DNA of 64,000 nt, from contig NZKY01000028.1 in NCBI GenBank assembly GCA_002694035.1, forward strand, positions 659 to 64,658, given 5' to 3'. Position numbers and translations under genes: made by a program. Positions 47,670 to 56,588 of the stretch are shown here, one piece after another. The notes beneath the pieces were generated by a model, which was not told the DNA's origin, did not search any database, and saw nothing but the letters and a program-made list of their open reading frames with translations. Origin of the DNA: Opitutia bacterium (GTDB lineage: Bacteria > Verrucomicrobiota > Verrucomicrobiia > Opitutales > Seribacteraceae). The first letter of the stretch is position 1. Each line of letters starts with the position of its first letter.

Positions 47670-47978
47670 TTAACCCTTCTTCTCTTTCTTTCCTTTTCCT
47701 TTTGCTAATGCAATTTTAGAAGCGGTTGAGTTCTTGCAGTTGCATCCGTCGATGGCAACGCGAGCCCCTTTTTTCAACTTTGATGGGCAATCAATGCCAA
47801 CCATTTGAGTCTTACTTCCAATCTGTACCTTTTTTTCTTTCTTTCCCTGTGCAACTGTAAGAGTTTTGGACTCTTCGTCAAAACCAACAACCTTTCCATG
47901 GATAGGTTTGGATGGGCAACCAGCGAAAACGGATCCAGCAAAAGCTATGGAGGCGAGGATAATGAATAATTTTTTCAT
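47670..47978 (-). CDS. Small exported Lys-rich protein with 4 Cys (possible OB fold)
   Basis: MKKLFIILASIAFAGSVFAGC signal/lipobox-like; HGKVVGFDEESKTLTV beta-pattern. Confidence 0.7.
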   Translation of the reverse strand: MKKLFIILASIAFAGSVFAGCPSKPIHGKVVGFDEESKTLTVAQGKKEKKVQIGSKTQMVGIDCPSKLKKGARVAIDGCNCKNSTASKIALAKGKGKKEKKG

Positions 47979-48125
47979 AATGGGTATTGTTGAAGTTAAT
48001 GTTTATTTAAAGAATCACATTGAATATGCTAATTCAAGATAGACAAGTTTGAATTCAATAATAATTGTATTTTATTTCTAGGGGCTCTTACTAGTACATC
48101 ATATCTAAAATCAATAAATTTTTTT

Positions 48126-49301
48126 TTGAAGACATCATATAAATTTTTTATTCCATTATTAATTTTTGTTCATTGCTTAGTTGGCCATCCGATTCCTGAC
48201 ATTCCAATAGTTGGGAAGTTTAATTCAGACGGGAACTGCTCGATTTTGGTAGAAATCGACACACGAAGTTTCGCAGAAGATCCTGAAGCAGTCCCTTTTT
48301 TAACAAAATCTGAATTTGAAAAACTATCCGATTCAAACAAATCCGCTTTGATTTTCCAAGCGAACAACATGATTGAGGATGCACTTCTGCTTCGCTTTGG
48401 AGATACTGAATGGTATTTACCTGCTTTTGATTTAAATTTTACTGAAAAAGAGGCAGCAGATTTTAGCGACGAGAACATTGTTGTGGTGGTTGGTCGGCAC
48501 GACACTTTTCTGGACCCTAACGCTAGCTTTTATCAAATCCGCTCGAAAGCAGAAGCTCCCTACGATCTAATTTTTACTAATCAAATAAACGGAAAACCAC
48601 AACGACGGGTAAATGTACTCTTTCCGGATGAGGAAAGTTTTCAACTAGATCTTTCCTTTATTGACGGAAAACCGATCGCTAAACCTAAAGTCGAGAAACT
48701 GATTTCCAGAAACGAAAAGAGTGCGGAAGAACGAAGAGAAGATGCAAGAAGCACTTTTTACTCATTTACAAGGCAGGGCTTTGTTCATGTGCTCCCCCTT
48801 GGCCTTGATCACATACTATTTGTCCTAGGGTTATTCTTTCTTTCCAGAAAATGGAAACCCATATTATACCAGGTCTCGGTATTTACAGTCGCACACACAA
48901 TAACACTTGGACTTGCTACTTTAGAGTTAATATCAGCACCATCTCACATAGTTGAGCCGATAATAGCTGCAAGTATTGCAGTGGTTGCACTAGAAAATAT
49001 TTTCTTTCCCAACTATCGTCATTCAAGGCTATTCATTGTCTTTTTCTTTGGTTTAATTCACGGACTTGGCTTTGCTGGTGCCCTATCGGCTTTTGACTTG
49101 GATCCTGCCTCGCTGGTAATAGGTCTATTTGGCTTTAACATAGGAGTTGAATTCGGACAGTTAGCTGTAATTACAATCGTCTTTTTTCTAACTTTTTGGA
49201 TTAAAGAAGAAATACAATATCGAAAACTTATAGTCATCCCATGCTCAATCCTTATTGCACTAATGGGAATTTATTGGACGATCGAACGTGTTTTCTTTTA
49301 A
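48126..49301 (+). CDS. HupE/UreJ family (Ni/Co-type) membrane protein with large N-terminal periplasmic domain
   Basis: GFVHVLPLGLDHILF, FTVAHTITL, FGLIHGLGFA, FNIGVEFGQ. Confidence 0.85.
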   Translation: MKTSYKFFIPLLIFVHCLVGHPIPDIPIVGKFNSDGNCSILVEIDTRSFAEDPEAVPFLTKSEFEKLSDSNKSALIFQANNMIEDALLLRFGDTEWYLPAFDLNFTEKEAADFSDENIVVVVGRHDTFLDPNASFYQIRSKAEAPYDLIFTNQINGKPQRRVNVLFPDEESFQLDLSFIDGKPIAKPKVEKLISRNEKSAEERREDARSTFYSFTRQGFVHVLPLGLDHILFVLGLFFLSRKWKPILYQVSVFTVAHTITLGLATLELISAPSHIVEPIIAASIAVVALENIFFPNYRHSRLFIVFFFGLIHGLGFAGALSAFDLDPASLVIGLFGFNIGVEFGQLAVITIVFFLTFWIKEEIQYRKLIVIPCSILIALMGIYWTIERVFF

Positions 49302-49311
49302 ATAATTAATA

Positions 49312-49707
49312 ATGTGTGAATCAGCCCGTAAAAGAGTTTTGTCGAAAATTGCTCTACTGGTAATTTTTTCAACAACCAGTATTCCACTTGCATTGCTGCA
49401 GGTAGGAATATGGGCAAATATGTTTGATGAATTCTATGAAGAAACCCGATCTATTACTCTATCTGCAGAATGGACCTTTGATGGATTACATCGTTGCTCA
49501 GGTTGTGAATTGGTGGATGAGCTTGGCTCAAGCTCAAATGAATCCATCAGTATGCTGAGAACATTTTCATTTGAAACCAAACTCGTACACGAGCCCGGTT
49601 TTCTGGTTGTTATTCCTAAAAACCAGTTAATCGGCAAAAATTATTTCCCTACAAATCAAGTTGTTTCGAGAATCGATAAAGTCGAGACCCCCCCTCCGCG
49701 AGCCTAA
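49312..49707 (+). CDS. DUF2946-like CxxC protein / putative regulatory upstream ORF
   Basis: N-terminal hydrophobic segment, TFDGLHRCSGC (CxxC at 49495-49506) and C-terminal ETPPPRA-stop. Confidence 0.65.
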   Translation: MCESARKRVLSKIALLVIFSTTSIPLALLQVGIWANMFDEFYEETRSITLSAEWTFDGLHRCSGCELVDELGSSSNESISMLRTFSFETKLVHEPGFLVVIPKNQLIGKNYFPTNQVVSRIDKVETPPPRA

Positions 49708-49725
49708 AAAGTCTTCATTTAGCTC

Positions 49726-49787
49726 ACCAAACTAAAGTTTGGTAAATTTTTAACTCGAAGAAAAATTCTTCGAAGAACTTTTTTATT
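49726..49787 (+). promoter_or_regulatory. Tandem hairpins in the 83-nt leader of the Met-rich barrel gene
   Basis: ACCAAACT-aa-AGTTTGGT (49726-49743); TCGAAGAA-aaa-TTCTTCGA (49755-49773), overlapping the palindrome TTCTTCGAAGAA (49766-49777); T-tract from 49779. Confidence 0.5.
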
Positions 49788-49790
49788 ACA

Positions 49791-50789
49791 ATGAAACTTT
49801 TTGCTGCAATTACACTTATTTTTATTTCACCTTTTTATTTTTCATCTGCCCACGAAGGGCCCTGGACTGCTGCACGCCCTGACGGTCATGCCCCAATCTC
49901 AGTTATGGGAGATCATATGCACAAAATGGGCGAATGGATGGTATCATACCGCTACATGACTATGGATATGGAAGGTTTACTCAAAGAATCTAATTCTGTG
50001 ACCGCATCCTCACAATTAACAGGAATGACTTCTATGGTTCCAACTAAGATGACAATGGATATGCATATGTTTGGAACAATGTATGCAATTTCAAACAAAT
50101 GGACATTGATGGGCATGCTTAATTATTTAAATAATGATATGGACATGATCATGCCGATGAATATGAGCATGAGTATGGAAAGCTCTGGCATTGGTGATTT
50201 GAAAGTTGCAGGTCTATATGATCTTGCGCAATGGGATGACGGACGAAGAATGCATTTAAAATTGGGATTAAATCTTCCAACTGGGTCGATCGACGAGAAG
50301 CACACGAATGGCAATACGCTAGGTTATGGAATGCAACTTGGTTCTGGAACTTATGATTTTGAACCTGCAATTACTTACCTAGGTCAGACCGAAAATTATT
50401 CCTATGGTGCACAACTTGGTGGAATTCTTCGTCTGGGTGAGAATGATCAAGACTATACACTTGGAAATAAATTTGAAGCAAAACTGTGGGGTGCCCGTAA
50501 AATTACAGACTCACTCAGTGCTTCTGCTAAATTTGATTACTCAAGCCAAAAGGAAGTTGATGGTGAGGATAAAAGAATGATGAAAATGATGTCTCCCGCT
50601 CTTTCCACTACTTCTCAAGGTCGAGAAATTAGTACTTTTGGTCTTGGTTTGAATTACTATTTTCAAAATGGTGACTTAAGCGGACATCGCCTTGCAGCAG
50701 AGTGGGAAAAACCTATCGACCAAAAAGTTAATGGAGTCCAACTGGAAATCGATTCGGTTTGGACATTGGGTTGGCAATATGCCTGGTAA
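49791..50789 (+). CDS. Met/His-rich outer-membrane beta-barrel (Phenol_MetA_deg/'transporter'-like), putative copper uptake
   Basis: Signal peptide then HEGPWTAARPDGHAPISVMGDHMHKMGEWMVSYRYM; Met clusters; PTGS, QLGSGTYD; C-terminal WTLGWQYAW typical of a beta-signal. Confidence 0.7.
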   Translation: MKLFAAITLIFISPFYFSSAHEGPWTAARPDGHAPISVMGDHMHKMGEWMVSYRYMTMDMEGLLKESNSVTASSQLTGMTSMVPTKMTMDMHMFGTMYAISNKWTLMGMLNYLNNDMDMIMPMNMSMSMESSGIGDLKVAGLYDLAQWDDGRRMHLKLGLNLPTGSIDEKHTNGNTLGYGMQLGSGTYDFEPAITYLGQTENYSYGAQLGGILRLGENDQDYTLGNKFEAKLWGARKITDSLSASAKFDYSSQKEVDGEDKRMMKMMSPALSTTSQGREISTFGLGLNYYFQNGDLSGHRLAAEWEKPIDQKVNGVQLEIDSVWTLGWQYAW

Positions 50790-50881
50790 TCAAGAATTAT
50801 TGAATACTTGATTACTTTGCTTGATAAAATTTAAGATTGTCGATGAGTTTTTAGATATTTTAAGAGATCAAAAAGGTAGTA

Positions 50882-52102
50882 ATGAATGGCGAAACCAAAA
50901 ATCATCGAAATGGTATCGCAATAAATACTCAAAAGTTCGATCTCTTTCGAAATACTTTTAATGGCATTGTGGAGGCTAGCTTTGCCTCCACATGCCTACT
51001 CGTTGCCATTCGATATTTCGAAGCATCTGATACTCTCAAATCACTCTTAGCCGGTGGGGGTTCGATCGGTTTTCTAATAACTCCATTGTTTCTTCTTTTA
51101 ATTGGAAGAAGCAAGCTGCCTGTGAGCATTCTCTGTTCAATCCTTATGTTTTGTGCAGCTTTTGGCATCCTTATATCCGCTTCTGCAACAACATCCTGGT
51201 TTTATGCGGGTTCTGTATTAATAGCCTGTGTTCTAGCAGTCCAAGTACCATCCTTAATGGTTCATATTTACTCAAATAATTATAATTCAAATGAAAGAGG
51301 TAGAAAAATATCTAGTAATCTTATGCTATCCGCTATTGTTGGTTGTTTCACAGCTCTTCTTATTGGTTATCTTCTCGATAAGGATCTTAATCATTTCAGA
51401 GCCATCGCAATAGTCACATTCTTTCTCTGTGTAGCTACGGGATACTTTCATCTCAAAATTCCCTCAAAACCACTTAAATCAACCTCAGAGGGCTTATTTA
51501 AAGACCTGATTCGTGCAATTAAAGACAGGCTTTTCTTTTGGATGCTTACCGGCTGGATGCTTATGGGCATTGGTAATTTAATAACCATTCCCCTACGTGT
51601 CGAATATCTGGCTAACCCGGTTCACGGGCTCAACTTAAGTAACACAATGATACTTATTATTACTATGGTCGTACCCCTTATTTGTCGCGTTTTAAGTACA
51701 CCATTTTGGGGGTGGGCTTTTGATAATTTTAACTTAGCATTTGTGAGAATATACATAAATCTGTTTTTTCTACTTGGTCTCTTTTGCTACTTTCAAACTC
51801 ACAATCTTTTATTATTAATTATTTCATCCGCCATGATAGGAACAGCAACAGGTGGTGGCACAATGGCTTGGGCGCTATGGGTAACAAAAGTCGCACCGAA
51901 GGGAAGAGAATCTACTTACATGAGCATACATTCTTTTTTTACTGGTATCAGAGGTCTTCCTGCTCCATTCATTGGCTACTGGATTCTAACAAACCACGGC
52001 CCAGGCCAAGTTTCTTGGACTTCAGCCATTTTAATCTCTCTCAGTTGTCTTGTATTTTTGAAACTGTCACCGAATAAGAGGTTGAAACAAAAGAGTCATT
52101 GA
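50882..52102 (+). CDS. MFS transporter
   Basis: About 12 hydrophobic segments over 406 aa; YSNNYNSNERGRKIS and KVAPKGRESTYMS loop motifs. Confidence 0.8.
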   Translation: MNGETKNHRNGIAINTQKFDLFRNTFNGIVEASFASTCLLVAIRYFEASDTLKSLLAGGGSIGFLITPLFLLLIGRSKLPVSILCSILMFCAAFGILISASATTSWFYAGSVLIACVLAVQVPSLMVHIYSNNYNSNERGRKISSNLMLSAIVGCFTALLIGYLLDKDLNHFRAIAIVTFFLCVATGYFHLKIPSKPLKSTSEGLFKDLIRAIKDRLFFWMLTGWMLMGIGNLITIPLRVEYLANPVHGLNLSNTMILIITMVVPLICRVLSTPFWGWAFDNFNLAFVRIYINLFFLLGLFCYFQTHNLLLLIISSAMIGTATGGGTMAWALWVTKVAPKGRESTYMSIHSFFTGIRGLPAPFIGYWILTNHGPGQVSWTSAILISLSCLVFLKLSPNKRLKQKSH

Positions 52103-52165
52103 AATAAAATACCATAACAATTTATTGCTCAAAAAGCATCTTTTGTTTTCTAGGTCACCCACTCA

Positions 52166-54322
52166 ATGAATTTTCGGTTTATTCATGCTTTTACTGCTCT
52201 GACACTTTACTCTTGCGAACTTTGTTGCATCGTATTGGGTGAAACTCAACCAGAAGATATAGATAATTTAAATCCTCTAGTGGTTACTCCTGAAGGTGGA
52301 TTTTCTAAACCTTTAGTGACTTCGGCTTGGACGATTTCTTATTCTGAAACAGATTCAAAGAAGTTAATGTCTCGATCATTAGCGGAATCATTGTCAGGAA
52401 TCCCCTCGGTAATGATTCAGAAAACTGCACTTGGACAGTCTTCTCCATACATTCGCGGATTGACGGGTTATCATAATCTTCTATTGGTGGACGGAATTCG
52501 ATTAAACCATTCCGCCATGCGTTCAGGACCAAATCAATACTGGAGCACGGTTGAACTTTTCAGCTCGGATCGTGTGGAGACACTTAGGGGAACACATGGC
52601 GTATTGTTTGGGGCAGAAACGGTCGGAGGTGTGGTTAATTCACTTTCTAATATTCCTTATTATTCTGAATCAAATACCAATCAGTCCACGCAAATTCTGG
52701 CAAGGCTTTCCTCTGCAGAAAATTCATGGAGTGGCGGAATCTCTTCTAAGATTTCCTCCCCTGATTGGTTTGCTGAAATTTCTCACATAGAGCGCTCATT
52801 TGGAGATCTGGAAGGTGGAAAAATGATAGGGAAACAAAAAAAAACTGGCTACAATTCAAGAGGATCACAAGCTCGGTTGTCCAAAAAACTCTCGGAAGAT
52901 TCTAATTTAATTTTTGGTTTTCAACAAACCTTCATGGATGATGTTCCCAGAACCCATAAAACTATTGATGCCTTAAACTGGGAAGGGCTTTCTGCAGGAA
53001 GTGAAATATGGAGACGGCTCGATCAAAAACGTAATCTCTACTACGGAAGAGTTAACTGGGAAGATATTGACGGAATTGCTAACTCAGGTCAGGTAACTTT
53101 GAGCCTACATACTCACGACCAGGAGAGAAATCGAATGAAAGGGAGTTCAGGAATAGCACAAGGTGGTGATTTTCAATATTTTAACCTTAATGATTTTGGT
53201 CTCACCGCACGATTTGAAAAAAAAGATTTCATAGAGGGAAATCTCTTCTATGGAACTGAATGCCACAATGAAAACTTAGATTCAGGAGGTTACAAGTTTG
53301 ATACAAATACAAATAAAACAAGCGATCTAGTACAAGGTCCGCTTGCTGCGGACGCAAGCTATAATCGTATTGCTACTTATATATACTCTATTCAGGAATT
53401 TGATTCAGGATGGACAATACAACCGGGTATTCGGTATGCAAAAATCAGTGCAAACTTAAAAAGGTTTTACGAAAAGAATAGCGACGCTTCTTCTTTGTTT
53501 GATCCTGAAGAAAAAAGTTATGAGGAAGTTATTGGAAGTTTTCGAGTAACTAAATCAATAAATGATGACACTTTTATTTTTGGTGGATTTTCTCAAGGAT
53601 TTAGACCACCTAGCCTATATGACTTAACTTCGACCGATGAGACAAGTGCTGTCGAAAGGCCGAACACAAAATTGGAATCCGAACAATTTTTGCAATCCGA
53701 AGTGGGCATGAGAGGAGTGTCTGACTCATTGAGTTGGCAGACCTCCTTCTATCACACATGGATAAAAGATATGATTGTTCGATCACCTATCGAAAGAGGT
53801 AAATCTGAGGTTTTAAAATCAAACGGAGACGGTTTTATTCAAGGGTTAGAACTCGAACTTGCTTACAGGTGGTCACCATCATGGAAATCCGATTTTTCAT
53901 TTTCTTGGATGAAAGGAAAAGTTGAGCAATTACTTGATAATAATTCAACCGGCTCAATTCCAATTGACGGGCGAAATTATTCAATAATCGAACGAGCAAC
54001 CACCCGGTTGATGCCAACTCAGGTAAATCTTAGAACTCAATTCGAACCAGTAGGTTCAAATTGGTCCTCCGTATTTTCACTACTTGCAGTTGGCAAGGCG
54101 GATCGTCTTTCCCTGAAAGATGAAAGTGATATTACTAGAATTCCAGGTAATGGAACGCCAAATTACTTCCTGGCAAATATTTACACTAATTACAACATTT
54201 CCGATTTTAGTACCATATCTCTGGCTATTGAAAATATTGGCGATGTTGATTATCGGGTTCATGGATCCGGAATTAACGGAGCTGGAAGAAATTTTGTTTT
54301 TTCCTGCTCTTTACATTTTTAG
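52166..54322 (+). CDS. TonB-dependent receptor
   Basis: Plug motif SPYIRGLTGYHNLLLVDGIRLN, ETLRGTHGVLFG; C-terminal ENIGDVDYRVHGSG...CSLHF. Confidence 0.9.
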   Translation: MNFRFIHAFTALTLYSCELCCIVLGETQPEDIDNLNPLVVTPEGGFSKPLVTSAWTISYSETDSKKLMSRSLAESLSGIPSVMIQKTALGQSSPYIRGLTGYHNLLLVDGIRLNHSAMRSGPNQYWSTVELFSSDRVETLRGTHGVLFGAETVGGVVNSLSNIPYYSESNTNQSTQILARLSSAENSWSGGISSKISSPDWFAEISHIERSFGDLEGGKMIGKQKKTGYNSRGSQARLSKKLSEDSNLIFGFQQTFMDDVPRTHKTIDALNWEGLSAGSEIWRRLDQKRNLYYGRVNWEDIDGIANSGQVTLSLHTHDQERNRMKGSSGIAQGGDFQYFNLNDFGLTARFEKKDFIEGNLFYGTECHNENLDSGGYKFDTNTNKTSDLVQGPLAADASYNRIATYIYSIQEFDSGWTIQPGIRYAKISANLKRFYEKNSDASSLFDPEEKSYEEVIGSFRVTKSINDDTFIFGGFSQGFRPPSLYDLTSTDETSAVERPNTKLESEQFLQSEVGMRGVSDSLSWQTSFYHTWIKDMIVRSPIERGKSEVLKSNGDGFIQGLELELAYRWSPSWKSDFSFSWMKGKVEQLLDNNSTGSIPIDGRNYSIIERATTRLMPTQVNLRTQFEPVGSNWSSVFSLLAVGKADRLSLKDESDITRIPGNGTPNYFLANIYTNYNISDFSTISLAIENIGDVDYRVHGSGINGAGRNFVFSCSLHF

Positions 54323-54417
54323 CGAAAGCAAAACCAAGCTAAACCCCTTATTAAAAAAAATAACAATTACTAATATTTTTCTGTAACTTTATGATATAAG
54401 TAATAGTTTAGATATAT

Positions 54418-56571
54418 ATGAAATTTCGAGTTCTATTGCCCATTGTATTTACCCCTTTCATTTTTGCTATTGGAGATAAACTTTCAAAGAATGAAACTCG
54501 TTACGAAGTGGAAGCGATCAACAATATTTTAAACGGTACTTACGAAAAACATGATGTCAAAATACCAAAAAAGTTAGACGATGCACTCTTTGCCAGAAGG
54601 CTTTACTTAAAAGTTGCCGGCCGCATACCCACCCATGAAGAGTTAACATCCTATCTTGCAAGCTCATCTGATGGCAGAAAGGGTGAACTGATCGACCAAC
54701 TTGTTGAATCATCCGCTTTTGAAAGTCAAATGTTCAACTGGTGGGCCGATCTGTTAAGACTTCAAACACGTATGCGAGGGGGAAACCAAATTGGTGCCGG
54801 TCAACTTTATGTGCAATGGGTTAAGGAGCAGATAAAAAACAATGTTCCCTTTGACAAGATGGCATATAATTTGATCACTGCAGAGGGCTATCCTTGGGAG
54901 AATGGTGCCGTAGGATATTATCTTCGTGATGCTGGTATGCCACTCGACAACATGTCGAATACGACACAGATTTTCCTTGGTACACAAATGGTTTGTGCAC
55001 AGTGCCACAATCATCCTTTTGACCGTTGGACACAAATGGAGTATTACCAAATGGCCTCCTATACTTACGGTATTACATCTTCACAGGGAGGAGAAATTCA
55101 AAGTAAAATTAAAAAATATTTTAACGACAAAACCAAGGGCTTGTCCTACAAAGACAAGAAGAAAAAGATTCAGTCAAAGGAAGCACAGGCCTTGCGCAGA
55201 TCTGTTCAGGAAATGCTTCGACCACTCCGCTATGGTGCAACCCACACAAATCGTAAACTTTCCCTTCCTCATGACTATCAGTATGAAGATGGCAAACCCA
55301 AATCAGTAGTTACGCCATCCCCGATATTTGACAATGCCATCTCAGAAACCGATGGCATTCCAAAAGTTCACGCTTATGGTGAATGGTTAACCAGCGTAGA
55401 TAACCCTAGATTTACCAAGGTTATCGTTAATCGCATGTGGAAAAAAGTTTTTGGCAGAGGCTTGGTTGAGCCCGCTGATGACTGGCGGGATGATACAGTT
55501 GCTTCCATCCCTGAACTTATGGACCATTTGGAAAGTTTAATGGTACGTGTTAATTTCGACTTGAAGGAATTCCAACGTATTTTGTTCAGGGTCAAAGCTT
55601 TCGAAAATGAAACGCCGGCTTTTATACCAAATATAGAAACTCCTTATTATTTCGAAGCTCCAATCTTGGAAAGAATGTCTGCTGAACAAATATGGGATTC
55701 TCTTGTTGCCCTATCCATACCCGATTCAGACGAAAGAAAACAAAATTCAAAAATAATCGATCAAAGACTTGAACGATTTAATGAATATCAGCTGGAGGTT
55801 GAATCTCTAGATGGTGAGAAACTCGCAAAGCTCGCCAAAAAAGGTGCAAAAGCTAGTAAGGAAATCAATAATCTAATGGAAGATATTCAAAAAGATTTAC
55901 GCGAAGCACAAGAAGCTGATGACAGGGAAGCCGTAAATCGTCTTAGAAAAGAATATGGTAAAGCTAGAAATCAGCAACGAACTGTTTTTGCAGAGTTGGT
56001 TATGGGACCAGAATTTGAAGTAAAATCTCTTTATGGAACGGGAGGGAATCTTTACAGTAAAAATGATCGATGGAAAGGCTACAGTAGCCAAATATACCGA
56101 GCATCTGAACTACAAACTCCAGCCCAACCCGGCCATTTCTTACAAGAGTTTGGGCAGTCTGACCGAGAAATTGCTGATAATGCAAACCGGGATGCCTCGG
56201 TCACACAAGCTCTCACTTTACTAAACGGAACATTCTACGCTGCATTATTCAATAAGGAATCACCACTGATGAAAAAGCTAAACGAAGCTACCAATGCGAA
56301 GGAAAAAATTGATGTCCTATTCCTTTCAATTTTAAATCGTCTGCCGACTCCTGAAGAATCAAAATTATGTATGTCTGAACTTTCTCCCGATATTTTAAAG
56401 CCAATAACTATTAACCAAAAGATTCCTGATCATTTGCCTAAGGAAAAAAAGAAAGCCTATAAAAAACAATTAGAAAAAAAGCTTGCGTGGGCTACTTTCA
56501 ATCGGAATCGCGAATATTTCTTAATTGCCTGGTCATTGATTAACACCCGTCAATTTTCTTTCGTTCAATAA
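54418..56571 (+). CDS. DUF1549 / DUF1553 domain protein (no N-terminal cytochrome domain)
   Basis: ARRLYLKVAGRIPT, WWADLLR, CAQCHNHPFDRW, VNRMWKKVFGRGLVEP, FGQSDRE, SVTQALTLLNG. Confidence 0.9.
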   Translation: MKFRVLLPIVFTPFIFAIGDKLSKNETRYEVEAINNILNGTYEKHDVKIPKKLDDALFARRLYLKVAGRIPTHEELTSYLASSSDGRKGELIDQLVESSAFESQMFNWWADLLRLQTRMRGGNQIGAGQLYVQWVKEQIKNNVPFDKMAYNLITAEGYPWENGAVGYYLRDAGMPLDNMSNTTQIFLGTQMVCAQCHNHPFDRWTQMEYYQMASYTYGITSSQGGEIQSKIKKYFNDKTKGLSYKDKKKKIQSKEAQALRRSVQEMLRPLRYGATHTNRKLSLPHDYQYEDGKPKSVVTPSPIFDNAISETDGIPKVHAYGEWLTSVDNPRFTKVIVNRMWKKVFGRGLVEPADDWRDDTVASIPELMDHLESLMVRVNFDLKEFQRILFRVKAFENETPAFIPNIETPYYFEAPILERMSAEQIWDSLVALSIPDSDERKQNSKIIDQRLERFNEYQLEVESLDGEKLAKLAKKGAKASKEINNLMEDIQKDLREAQEADDREAVNRLRKEYGKARNQQRTVFAELVMGPEFEVKSLYGTGGNLYSKNDRWKGYSSQIYRASELQTPAQPGHFLQEFGQSDREIADNANRDASVTQALTLLNGTFYAALFNKESPLMKKLNEATNAKEKIDVLFLSILNRLPTPEESKLCMSELSPDILKPITINQKIPDHLPKEKKKAYKKQLEKKLAWATFNRNREYFLIAWSLINTRQFSFVQ

Positions 56572-56588
56572 TCCCAAAGACTTTTAAC

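Noticed and set aside
52103-52165. Possible cobalamin riboswitch ahead of the TonB-dependent receptor
   Set aside because: Only 63 nt and no B12-box-like sequence.
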